From NCBI GenBank assembly GCA_049325335.1, contig JBMOMC010000002.1, positions 96,001 to 160,000 on the forward strand: a DNA stretch of 64,000 bases, in the 5' to 3' direction. The stretch's first letter is position 1; the number at the start of each line of letters is the position of its first letter. Of the stretch, positions 57,205-64,000 are shown in pieces. The DNA is from Nitrospirota bacterium. Its GTDB lineage: Bacteria > Nitrospirota > Nitrospiria > 2-01-FULL-66-17. The notes under the pieces were generated by a model that searched no databases, was not told the origin of the DNA, and was given only the letters and a program-made list of their open reading frames with translations. A program made the position numbers and the translations under genes.

Positions 57205-57830
57205 CGCCGTGGCTGATCGGGGTCGGATGGCTCGCGGCGGCGACGGCGATCGCGCCGACGCAAGATACGCCGCTGCCCGTGCCCGGGCTGGCCGCGCGGA
57301 TGGAGCAGCGCGTGGTTGCGCCCGGCGGCGCGGAGTCGCTGACGACGCGGACGCTGGTGTTGGTCGAAGGCACGGCGCGGATGGAATCGGCCGATGGGCC
57401 GGATCGAGGCGGCTACGCCGAGTATCAACTGTATGACTTTGTCCGAGGCCGGGTCTATCGCGTGTTGCCCGAGGACCGAATGTACTTCGACGGCGTGTGG
57501 TCGAAAGCCGCGTCCGCGCAAGGATTCCTGGACGGGTGGGCTCCGCGTCCGGACCACCTGGCGGTGCGAATGATCCCGCTCAAGGATGATGAAGTGGACG
57601 GGACTCCGGCCCGGCTATCGTTGATGGAGTACCGGATCGGCGCCGACGGCTCGCCGGCGTACGCGTTCGTGTGGTCCGGTGAACCGCCGGGGCGGTTGCC
57701 GGTGCGCGTGGCCTACACCCAACGGGGCGGACAAACCGTGATCATTTCCTACCGCAACCCGCAACCCCGCGGGGTGGATCCGTCGGAGGTGTCCCTTCCT
57801 CCGGGCTTCGTCAACCTGAGTCCGTTTTGA
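57201..57830 (+). CDS. Secreted hypothetical protein (DUF4412-like)
   Basis: GTGA overlap; signal peptide; C-terminal DPSEVSLPPGF. Confidence 0.55.
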   Translation: MTPWLIGVGWLAAATAIAPTQDTPLPVPGLAARMEQRVVAPGGAESLTTRTLVLVEGTARMESADGPDRGGYAEYQLYDFVRGRVYRVLPEDRMYFDGVWSKAASAQGFLDGWAPRPDHLAVRMIPLKDDEVDGTPARLSLMEYRIGADGSPAYAFVWSGEPPGRLPVRVAYTQRGGQTVIISYRNPQPRGVDPSEVSLPPGFVNLSPF

Positions 57831-57846
57831 GCGCACGAGCGTTTCC

Positions 57847-59124
57847 ATGAGCCCGTTTGACCGCCTGTTGTCCGTCCCCGCGCACGTACACCACAGCGCG
57901 CACCTGATGAAGGACCCGCCGGCCGAGAGCCGCGCCGCGCGCGAGGCGTTCACGCGGACCGTATCGACCCTGGGGGTGTCGCCGGATCGGGTGGTGAGCA
58001 CGGATCGATTCGGATACGGCCTGCTGCAACACGAAGGGGGCGACCGCCTGATCGTGCGCTGGCAACTGCACACCGAATACTACACCTACCAACTCTGGTA
58101 CCTGCCCGCGGATCCCGCCCGACGGCTGGCGTTCGGTCCCCTGGAGTGGCCGGGGCCCGCGCCGGTCTGCTGCGCGTTCGGCGATATCGTCACCACCGTT
58201 GATCTCATCGTGACGGATCGGGCGTCCGAGGTCGCGTCCGATTTCGGACTCGCCGCGGACCACACGTGGTTCGGCGGCCGGGTGTTGGGAGGGGCGAACC
58301 TGCTGTTCACGGATTTTTCGCCGGACGCCAACGGCCGGCGACGCTACCTGTTGCACGGTCACGATCGCGAGGCCCTCGCCCAGGTCACGCCGTTTGCGGC
58401 CGACTGCGTCGCCAAAATCGAAAACTATTACCACCTGATTCTCGCGCCGCTGCCAAGCTTTGCCGCGGCGATGGATCACGTCTATCTGCTGGAGAAGCGA
58501 CAACTGGCCGACCGCGACGCGATCACGCGGGGGTTGGCCGCCGCGGACCCCGCGCAACTGCAAATCTGGTTGTCGCAGCTCACCGAGGCATTGGCTCAGG
58601 TGAGCCGCCTGGGTGAGGCGATCCGCTACAACCTGGCGTCCGCCGGACCGTACGACTCGATTCTCCGGACCACGGTGGAGGACCTGCGCGAGCACCCCGT
58701 GGAGCGGTTGGAGTCGTTGGGCGCGCACGTGCTCCGTCGGATTCGAGGCATTGCCGACGGGTACCAGCGCTTGATTCAGCGCATCGAGGCATTGGAGCAG
58801 TCCTTCGAGGGCATGGTGGCGATCATCCGCACGCGTATCGACCTGGCCATGGAACAACAGAACCTCACGATTCTGTCGAGCGTGGACCGCACGACCAAGA
58901 TCCAAGTGCGCTTGCAGCACATGGTGGAATCGCTGTCGGTGGTGGTTCAGGCGTACTACCTGACCGGACTCGGGAGCTATCTGTTCAAGGCTCTGGAACA
59001 TCACGGGTGGTTGGCCGACGCCAACACGGCCACGGCCCTGTTCATCCCCATCGCACTCGGACTCGCCTTCTTCCTCACGTGGCAGGCCAAACGCCTGCTC
59101 ACGCGCCGCACAGAGGAACCGTGA
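57847..59124 (+). CDS. DUF3422 family membrane-anchored protein
   Basis: RWQLHTEYYTY, IENYYHL, RLQHMVESLSVV, two C-terminal TMs. Confidence 0.8.
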   Translation: MSPFDRLLSVPAHVHHSAHLMKDPPAESRAAREAFTRTVSTLGVSPDRVVSTDRFGYGLLQHEGGDRLIVRWQLHTEYYTYQLWYLPADPARRLAFGPLEWPGPAPVCCAFGDIVTTVDLIVTDRASEVASDFGLAADHTWFGGRVLGGANLLFTDFSPDANGRRRYLLHGHDREALAQVTPFAADCVAKIENYYHLILAPLPSFAAAMDHVYLLEKRQLADRDAITRGLAAADPAQLQIWLSQLTEALAQVSRLGEAIRYNLASAGPYDSILRTTVEDLREHPVERLESLGAHVLRRIRGIADGYQRLIQRIEALEQSFEGMVAIIRTRIDLAMEQQNLTILSSVDRTTKIQVRLQHMVESLSVVVQAYYLTGLGSYLFKALEHHGWLADANTATALFIPIALGLAFFLTWQAKRLLTRRTEEP

Positions 59125-59648
59125 TTCCGATCGGCGAGCCCGCGCCGGACTTTTCGTTGTCGGGCATCCAAGGCGAACGCGAGGCGCGATGGCGTTTGTC
59201 CGATTTGCGCGGGCGGTGGGTGGTGGTGTTTTTCTACCCCGCGGATTTCACGTTCGTCTGTCCCACCGAGATCGTGGGGTTTCACCGCCAGGTGGACGCG
59301 TTCCGCAAGTTGAACGTGGAGGTGTTGGGCGTGAGCGTGGATTCGGTGGAGAGCCACCGCGCGTGGGCCAAGGAACTCGGGGGCATCGACTACCCGTTGT
59401 TGGCGGACGCGGACCGCTCGGTTTCCAAGGCCTTTGGCGTGCTGGATCAACGGGCCGGCGTGGCCCGCCGCGTCACGTTCGTACTCGACCCGTCCGGGGT
59501 GGTGGCGTACGTGGTGGCAAGCCATCACAACGTGGGCCGTAGCGTGGAGGAAACGCTGCGGGTGGTCTCTGCGCTGCAGACGGGACGGCTCTGTCCCGCG
59601 GACTGGCATCCGGGCGAGCCGACCTCGGACCTGGGTCCCAAGTACTAA
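59121..59648 (+). CDS. 2-Cys peroxiredoxin (AhpC-type)
   Basis: FFYPADFTFVCPTE, GRSVEE, LCPADW. Confidence 0.92.
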   Translation: MIPIGEPAPDFSLSGIQGEREARWRLSDLRGRWVVVFFYPADFTFVCPTEIVGFHRQVDAFRKLNVEVLGVSVDSVESHRAWAKELGGIDYPLLADADRSVSKAFGVLDQRAGVARRVTFVLDPSGVVAYVVASHHNVGRSVEETLRVVSALQTGRLCPADWHPGEPTSDLGPKY

Positions 59649-59651
59649 CGC

Positions 59652-60356
59652 GTGGCCACGCTAGACGAGAAACGCCGGCGGATCGAACAGCGCGGCCGGG
59701 TACGAGAGTTCGTGTTCGGGATACAGGACGGGCTGATCAGCAACCTCGGGTTGGTTTCAGGAATTCAGGGCGCGACCGCGGATCTGAAGATCGTGCTGCT
59801 CGGCGGCATCACCGCCGCGGTGTCGGGCGCGATCTCGATGGCCGCGGGGTCGTACTTGTCGTCGAAGGCGGAGAAGGAAATCTTCGACGCGGAGATACGG
59901 GTCGAGAGCGACCGCCTGGCGGGTGAACCGTACCTGGCTCAGGAGGCGGTGTTGGAATCGCTCAAGGCCGAGGGGTTGCCGCGGGAGAACGCGTACCGCG
60001 TGGTGCGGCTGTTGCAACCGCGCCCAGATATCATTCTGCAAACGTATCACGAAAAGGTGTTGGGACTGGGCCGGGCCGAGATCAACCGGCCGATTCAAGC
60101 CGCGTTGGTGATGGGCGCGTCGTTCACCGTGGGATCCGTCATCCCGCTTGCGCCCTACGTGCTCGCGCCTGGCGCCGTCGCGCTGCCGGTATCGGTGGCG
60201 GTCTCCACCGCCACGTTGTTCGGCGTGGGCGTGTTCAAGGGCGTGCTCGCGCGCCAATCGCCCTGGCTGTCGGGCTTGGAGTTCTTCGCCATCGCCCTGG
60301 GCTCGGCGGGGCTTGGTTACGCGTTGGGAGTGATCATCAGCATGGTAATCGGGTAG
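59652..60356 (+). CDS. VIT1/CCC1 family Fe/Mn transporter
   Basis: VFGIQDGL, AISMAAGSYLS, GSVIPLAPY. Confidence 0.9.
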   Translation: MATLDEKRRRIEQRGRVREFVFGIQDGLISNLGLVSGIQGATADLKIVLLGGITAAVSGAISMAAGSYLSSKAEKEIFDAEIRVESDRLAGEPYLAQEAVLESLKAEGLPRENAYRVVRLLQPRPDIILQTYHEKVLGLGRAEINRPIQAALVMGASFTVGSVIPLAPYVLAPGAVALPVSVAVSTATLFGVGVFKGVLARQSPWLSGLEFFAIALGSAGLGYALGVIISMVIG

Positions 60357-60460
60357 GGGGGCCGTGTTGTTTCCCGTTCTCCGTGCTCGAAGTTCTTGAG
60401 TACGGACCACGACCCCGTGTACAATTCCCATCCGGATATCACTCACGGGCAACTCTCGCC

Positions 60461-61246
60461 ATGAAATTCGACCGCCGTCACGATCCGTTGTTGGAAGCCG
60501 TCCGAGAAATTCACGAACACTGCGAGGGCCGCGGCTTGAGCGTGTTCTCCGGATACCTCACGCGCGAGCACGAAACCGTCGCGGTGTGGAACACGGCGCG
60601 CGGACGAGATTGGAAGGCGTTTCTGGATCTGGCGGCCTCGCGCGGAGCCCCGCTCGTCTATCTGGACTGGATCGTGTTCGATGACGCCCAGGTTGAGGAC
60701 GCGGTGATCCGCGCCGAAGAGGGCGGAGAAACCGGCGAGCCCGATCCGCAGATCGACGACTATAACCGGGAGATCGAGAGCTTCCGCGCCTACGCGGGGC
60801 TGACCGGGGTGATCGAGATCGCGTTCTCGCTCAACAACGTGTTTCATTTCTTCGAGTGGCAGGCCGACTGGTTCGGGGAATTCGAACGATTGGTGGAGGC
60901 GTGGGACGAGGGCGCGTACCAGCCGCGCCGACTCGCCAGGACACGCTTGCACGACTTGGCCAACCAGTTGGTCAACCACCCCAAATACCAGGCTTGTCAG
61001 AGCAAGTCACAGCGTCGTTATCTGCTGGAGCAACTGCTCGGCCGCGACTTCGAATCGCTGCGGGCGTCGGACGCGGCCGCGATCCTGGATCGGGCTGAGG
61101 CCATCTTCGAACTGGAGATCAAGCCGCTCGAACGCAGCTTTCTCCGGCAGCGCGCGCGCGAACTCAAGGCGCAGGGGTTGTCGCTGGACGCGATTGCGGG
61201 GAATTTGGGGGTGTCGCGCGCGGCCGTCAAAGCCCTGCTAGCCTGA
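60461..61246 (+). CDS. Hypothetical protein with C-terminal HTH
   Basis: Long open frame; RARELKAQGLSLDAIAGNLGVSRAAV. Confidence 0.6.
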   Translation: MKFDRRHDPLLEAVREIHEHCEGRGLSVFSGYLTREHETVAVWNTARGRDWKAFLDLAASRGAPLVYLDWIVFDDAQVEDAVIRAEEGGETGEPDPQIDDYNREIESFRAYAGLTGVIEIAFSLNNVFHFFEWQADWFGEFERLVEAWDEGAYQPRRLARTRLHDLANQLVNHPKYQACQSKSQRRYLLEQLLGRDFESLRASDAAAILDRAEAIFELEIKPLERSFLRQRARELKAQGLSLDAIAGNLGVSRAAVKALLA

Positions 61247-61247
61247 T

Positions 61248-61372
61248 GAGAGGCTGCTGAAAAATCCCATCTGCTGCGTTCTCGGTCATCGGAAATCCTC
61301 GCGTACGACCTAGTACGCTCCGGTTTCCTCATCCCTGCGGTCTTGCATCTGGGGATTTTTGAGCAGCCTCTC
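61248..61372. mobile_element. 125-bp MITE-like element
   Basis: TIR GAGAGGCTGCTGAAAAATCCC / GGGATTTTTGAGCAGCCTCTC (20/21). Confidence 0.75.
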
Positions 61373-61415
61373 GGCTTCGCCGATTCAGCCGATGCCGGGG
61401 ATACCATTTTAGGCC

Positions 61416-61481
61416 GTCATTCCCTCGTAGGCGGGAATCCAGAAATACAAGCCCCTGGGTCCCCGCATTCATGGGGACGAC
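61416..61481. repeat. REP-like inverted pair of a second family
   Basis: GTCATTCCCTCGTAGGCGGGAATCCA...TGGGTCCCCGCATTCATGGGGACGAC between convergent genes. Confidence 0.65.
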
Positions 61482-61506
61482 ATGAACAACTCATCAGGGT
61501 CGCGTG

Positions 61507-61809
61507 TTATCCCGCTTGGTCGATCTCTACGTGCAGGGCGATTTCGCGGAGGATTTCGGCGACTTTTTCGCACGAGTCGAGTGAGCCCGCGTAACAGACG
61601 GCGCGGCCGGTTTCGTGCGCGTGCAGGGTGATGGCGAAGGCTTCTTCCGTGGCCACGCCCGTGGCTTTTTGGACTTGGCGCACCACGTCGTCGAACCCGT
61701 GCACGTCGTCGTTGTAGAGGATCACGCGATAGGGGGACCCGGTCGCGTCGTCGGTCGCCGACTCCTCGCGACCGGCCGGGGCTTCGGCGGTGCGTGTGGC
61801 GGCGGTCAC
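61507..61809 (-). CDS. clpS: ClpS-like adaptor protein
   Basis: YRVILYNDDVH.FDDV, AHETGRAVCY; GTGA overlap. Confidence 0.8.
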   Translation of the reverse strand: MTAATRTAEAPAGREESATDDATGSPYRVILYNDDVHGFDDVVRQVQKATGVATEEAFAITLHAHETGRAVCYAGSLDSCEKVAEILREIALHVEIDQAG

Positions 61810-62036
61810 GGGGCGGCGAGCAGTTTGTTTAATTCGGTCTCGAGCGTGTGGACCCACTGGGCAAGGGGCACTTCGGCGTCGACCACGATGTGAAACTTTC
61901 CCGACGGCGTCCGGGTCACCCGGCCCGGCGACTCAGGACTCAACGGGATTTCAACGGCCTCGCGATGGATGCCGAGGCGGTCGGTGACCGAGAAAATCTG
62001 GTTGATTTCGTTCATGCGGACAATCGGTAAGGTCAT
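61806..62036 (-). CDS. 76-aa hypothetical protein
   Basis: Operon position between yyaL-like and clpS-like genes with a coupled stop/start. Confidence 0.7.
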   Translation of the reverse strand: MTLPIVRMNEINQIFSVTDRLGIHREAVEIPLSPESPGRVTRTPSGKFHIVVDAEVPLAQWVHTLETELNKLLAAP

Positions 62037-62043
62037 GGACGAC

Positions 62044-64000
62044 TCACGGTTCGGATAAGAGGGTTCGCAGCGCCAAGGGGTCGGTCACGGGCGCCGAACA
62101 CGTCATATGCCTACACACGTACGCGGTGGGGCGGCCGTCGAGCATGGTTTTGCCGCGCGCGGCTTCAGGCACGGCGGGACTACCGGGTTGCGCGGGGTCG
62201 AACACCGTGAGGGTCCGATTCGGCAAGTACACGGCGTGGACCGCCCGCCGCAGGGCCAGGGTCTCGGGGCGATCGACCGGGCCGATGATCACCACGTCGG
62301 TGGTACCCTCGTGGTACAAGTCCAACGCGCCCAGCAGGTTCGCATACCCGAACGGGTTGTCCTCCATTGCGCGGCCTGACAGGGTGAACACGTGTTGGGC
62401 CAGGTCGCGGTACGCCGACAGCGGTTGGTACGCGGCCACGCGCAACAACGCATAGACGGCCTCGGACGCGCCCGAGGGGATCGACTGGTCCGTGCCGGAC
62501 AGAGGACGCGTGACCAAGGTTTCGTGATCGTGGCTGGTCAGGTAGAAGCCGCGGCCGTCCTTGGCCCAAAACTGCGCCAGGAAGGTATCGGTCAACTCGC
62601 GGGCCCAGGTCAACCAGCGCGTGGCGCCGGTCGATTCGTACAGGTCGATCAGGGCGTTGGCGAGGAAGGCGTAGTCGTCTAGATAGCCGTTGATCTTGGC
62701 GGTCCCGTCCTTCCACGTGCGCAGCAAGCGGCTGTCCTTCCATAGTGCTCGGGCGATGAACGTGGCGGCGCGCTCCGCGGCCTCCACGTAGCGCGGTTCA
62801 TCGAGCACCGCGCCGGCTCGGGCCAACGCCGCGATGGCCAGGCCGTTCCAACTGGTGAGGATCTTTTCGTCCCGGAACGGTTTGACGCGCGTTTCACGCG
62901 CCTCGAATAGCTTGCGTCGCGCGTCGGCCAGCCGAGAGCGCACTTGCTCGATAGGGCGGTGAAATTCCACGGCCAACGCGTCCTCGCGCAGCACCACGTG
63001 CAGGATGGTGTTGCCCTCGAAGTTTCCGCCGGTCGTGAGGCCGTACGCGCGTCCGAACAGCTTGCCGTCTTCGGGGCCGAGCACCCGTTCGATTTCGTCG
63101 GGAGTCCAGACGAAAAACGCGCCTTCGTGTCCCTCGCTGTCCGCGTCTTGCGTGCTGTAGAATCCACCGTCGGGGTGGCGCATCTCGCGCAGCAGATACT
63201 CGGCGGTCTCCCGCGCCACGCGCGCAAAATCCGCGTCGCCCGTGATCTGGAACAGATCGAGCGCCAGCGGGATCAACAGGGTGTTGTCGTACAACATTTT
63301 CTCGAAGTGGGGCACCAGCCATTGCCCGTCCACCGAGTAGCGATGGAACCCCCCGCCGAGTTGGTCGTAAATGCCGCCGGACGCCATCATTCTCAGCGTG
63401 AACGCGGCGCGGCGCGCGGCGTCCTCGTCGCGGTTCGCCCGCGCGTGGCGAAGGAACAATTCCAGCGTCATGGTGCTGGGGAACTTGGGGCCGGTTCCGA
63501 ATCCGCCGTGCGTGGGTTCGAACAGCCGGGTGATCGCGTTCACCGAGGAGGCGATGAGGTCGCGTCCCGGAACGCCCGAGGCGGGTTCCTGGGCGTCGAT
63601 CTTCTCCAGGATCGCCACGGTTTGGTCTGCGGTGTTCGCCAAGTCCTGGGCCTTGTCCCGGTACGCCGCGGCCACGGCTTCGAGCACGCGCGGAAACCCT
63701 GGCATGCCGTGCCGGTCGGTAGGCGGAAAATACGTGCCCGCGTGAAACGGCTTGCCGTCCGGCGTCATGAAGATCGTCAAGGGCCATCCGCCGCCGCGAC
63801 GGTTAAAGACCTGGAACGCGGTCTGGTAGATCTGATCTAGGTCGGGTCGCTCTTCCCGGTCGACCTTGATGTTGATAAAATGCCGGTTCATCAGGTCGGC
63901 GATGTCCTCGTTTTCGAAGGACTCGTGTTCCATCACGTGGCACCAGTGGCAGGCCGAATAGCCGATGGACAAGAGAATCGCTTTGTTCTCGGCGCGCGCC
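62044..64000 (-). CDS. Thioredoxin-domain protein YyaL/SSP411-like (5' end outside the window)
   Basis: [47 protein letters not shown]. Confidence 0.93.
   Translation of the reverse strand, partial: ARAENKAILLSIGYSACHWCHVMEHESFENEDIADLMNRHFINIKVDREERPDLDQIYQTAFQVFNRRGGGWPLTIFMTPDGKPFHAGTYFPPTDRHGMPGFPRVLEAVAAAYRDKAQDLANTADQTVAILEKIDAQEPASGVPGRDLIASSVNAITRLFEPTHGGFGTGPKFPSTMTLELFLRHARANRDEDAARRAAFTLRMMASGGIYDQLGGGFHRYSVDGQWLVPHFEKMLYDNTLLIPLALDLFQITGDADFARVARETAEYLLREMRHPDGGFYSTQDADSEGHEGAFFVWTPDEIERVLGPEDGKLFGRAYGLTTGGNFEGNTILHVVLREDALAVEFHRPIEQVRSRLADARRKLFEARETRVKPFRDEKILTSWNGLAIAALARAGAVLDEPRYVEAAERAATFIARALWKDSRLLRTWKDGTAKINGYLDDYAFLANALIDLYESTGATRWLTWARELTDTFLAQFWAKDGRGFYLTSHDHETLVTRPLSGTDQSIPSGASEAVYALLRVAAYQPLSAYRDLAQHVFTLSGRAMEDNPFGYANLLGALDLYHEGTTDVVIIGPVDRPETLALRRAVHAVYLPNRTLTVFDPAQPGSPAVPEAARGKTMLDGRPTAYVCRHMTCSAPVTDPLALRTLLSEP

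Noticed and set aside
22116..61481. CRISPR array
   Set aside because: The repeats are dispersed palindromes/MITEs, not regularly spaced direct repeats; no cas genes
275..63840. Many long Arg/Pro-rich overlapping ORFs in the supplied track
   Set aside because: Shadow frames expected in high-GC DNA opposite or within well-supported genes

Overview
GC-rich bacterial chromosomal window, probably from a Nitrospirota (Nitrospiria-like) organism. That placement is inferred from the bd-like oxidase/cytochrome c cluster, the paired FGE-sulfatase-domain genes and a small CxxC Zn-ribbon protein. All family assignments are from motif recognition; no searches were run. Left to right: yceI; a c-di-GMP block (DGC, FlhG/MinD-like ATPase, degenerate GAF-GGDEF, PAS-GGDEF); SagB-type nitroreductase; a CorE-like Cys-rich ECF sigma factor flanked by two mirror-image promoter copies that point at YHS-domain genes; selO and pirin; a cupredoxin and a Tat-exported sulfite-oxidase-family enzyme; a run of pseudogene fragments (RAYT, porin-like, EAL) with a MITE; an ~11 kb respiratory locus (Cu-motif periplasmic protein, two FGE-domain proteins, six small membrane-protein ORFs, CydA-like subunit without CydB, three c-type cytochromes); yebC-ruvCAB; an NspV-like type II R-M island with a truncated second methylase; a GMC-DUF1080 fusion; an operon of flavin monooxygenase, polyprenol-P-mannose synthase and two TMTC-like TPR glycosyltransferases; a Rieske-HTH fusion; an M16 peptidase pair-larE-DUF3422-peroxiredoxin-VIT1 operon; and clpS-like and yyaL-like genes. 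No rRNA, tRNA or CRISPR array was seen. The best leads are the unannotated micro-proteins around the bd-like oxidase, the CorE-like mini-regulon, a lipoprotein-tethered copy of the Cu-motif protein, and the TMTC-like glycosylation operon.
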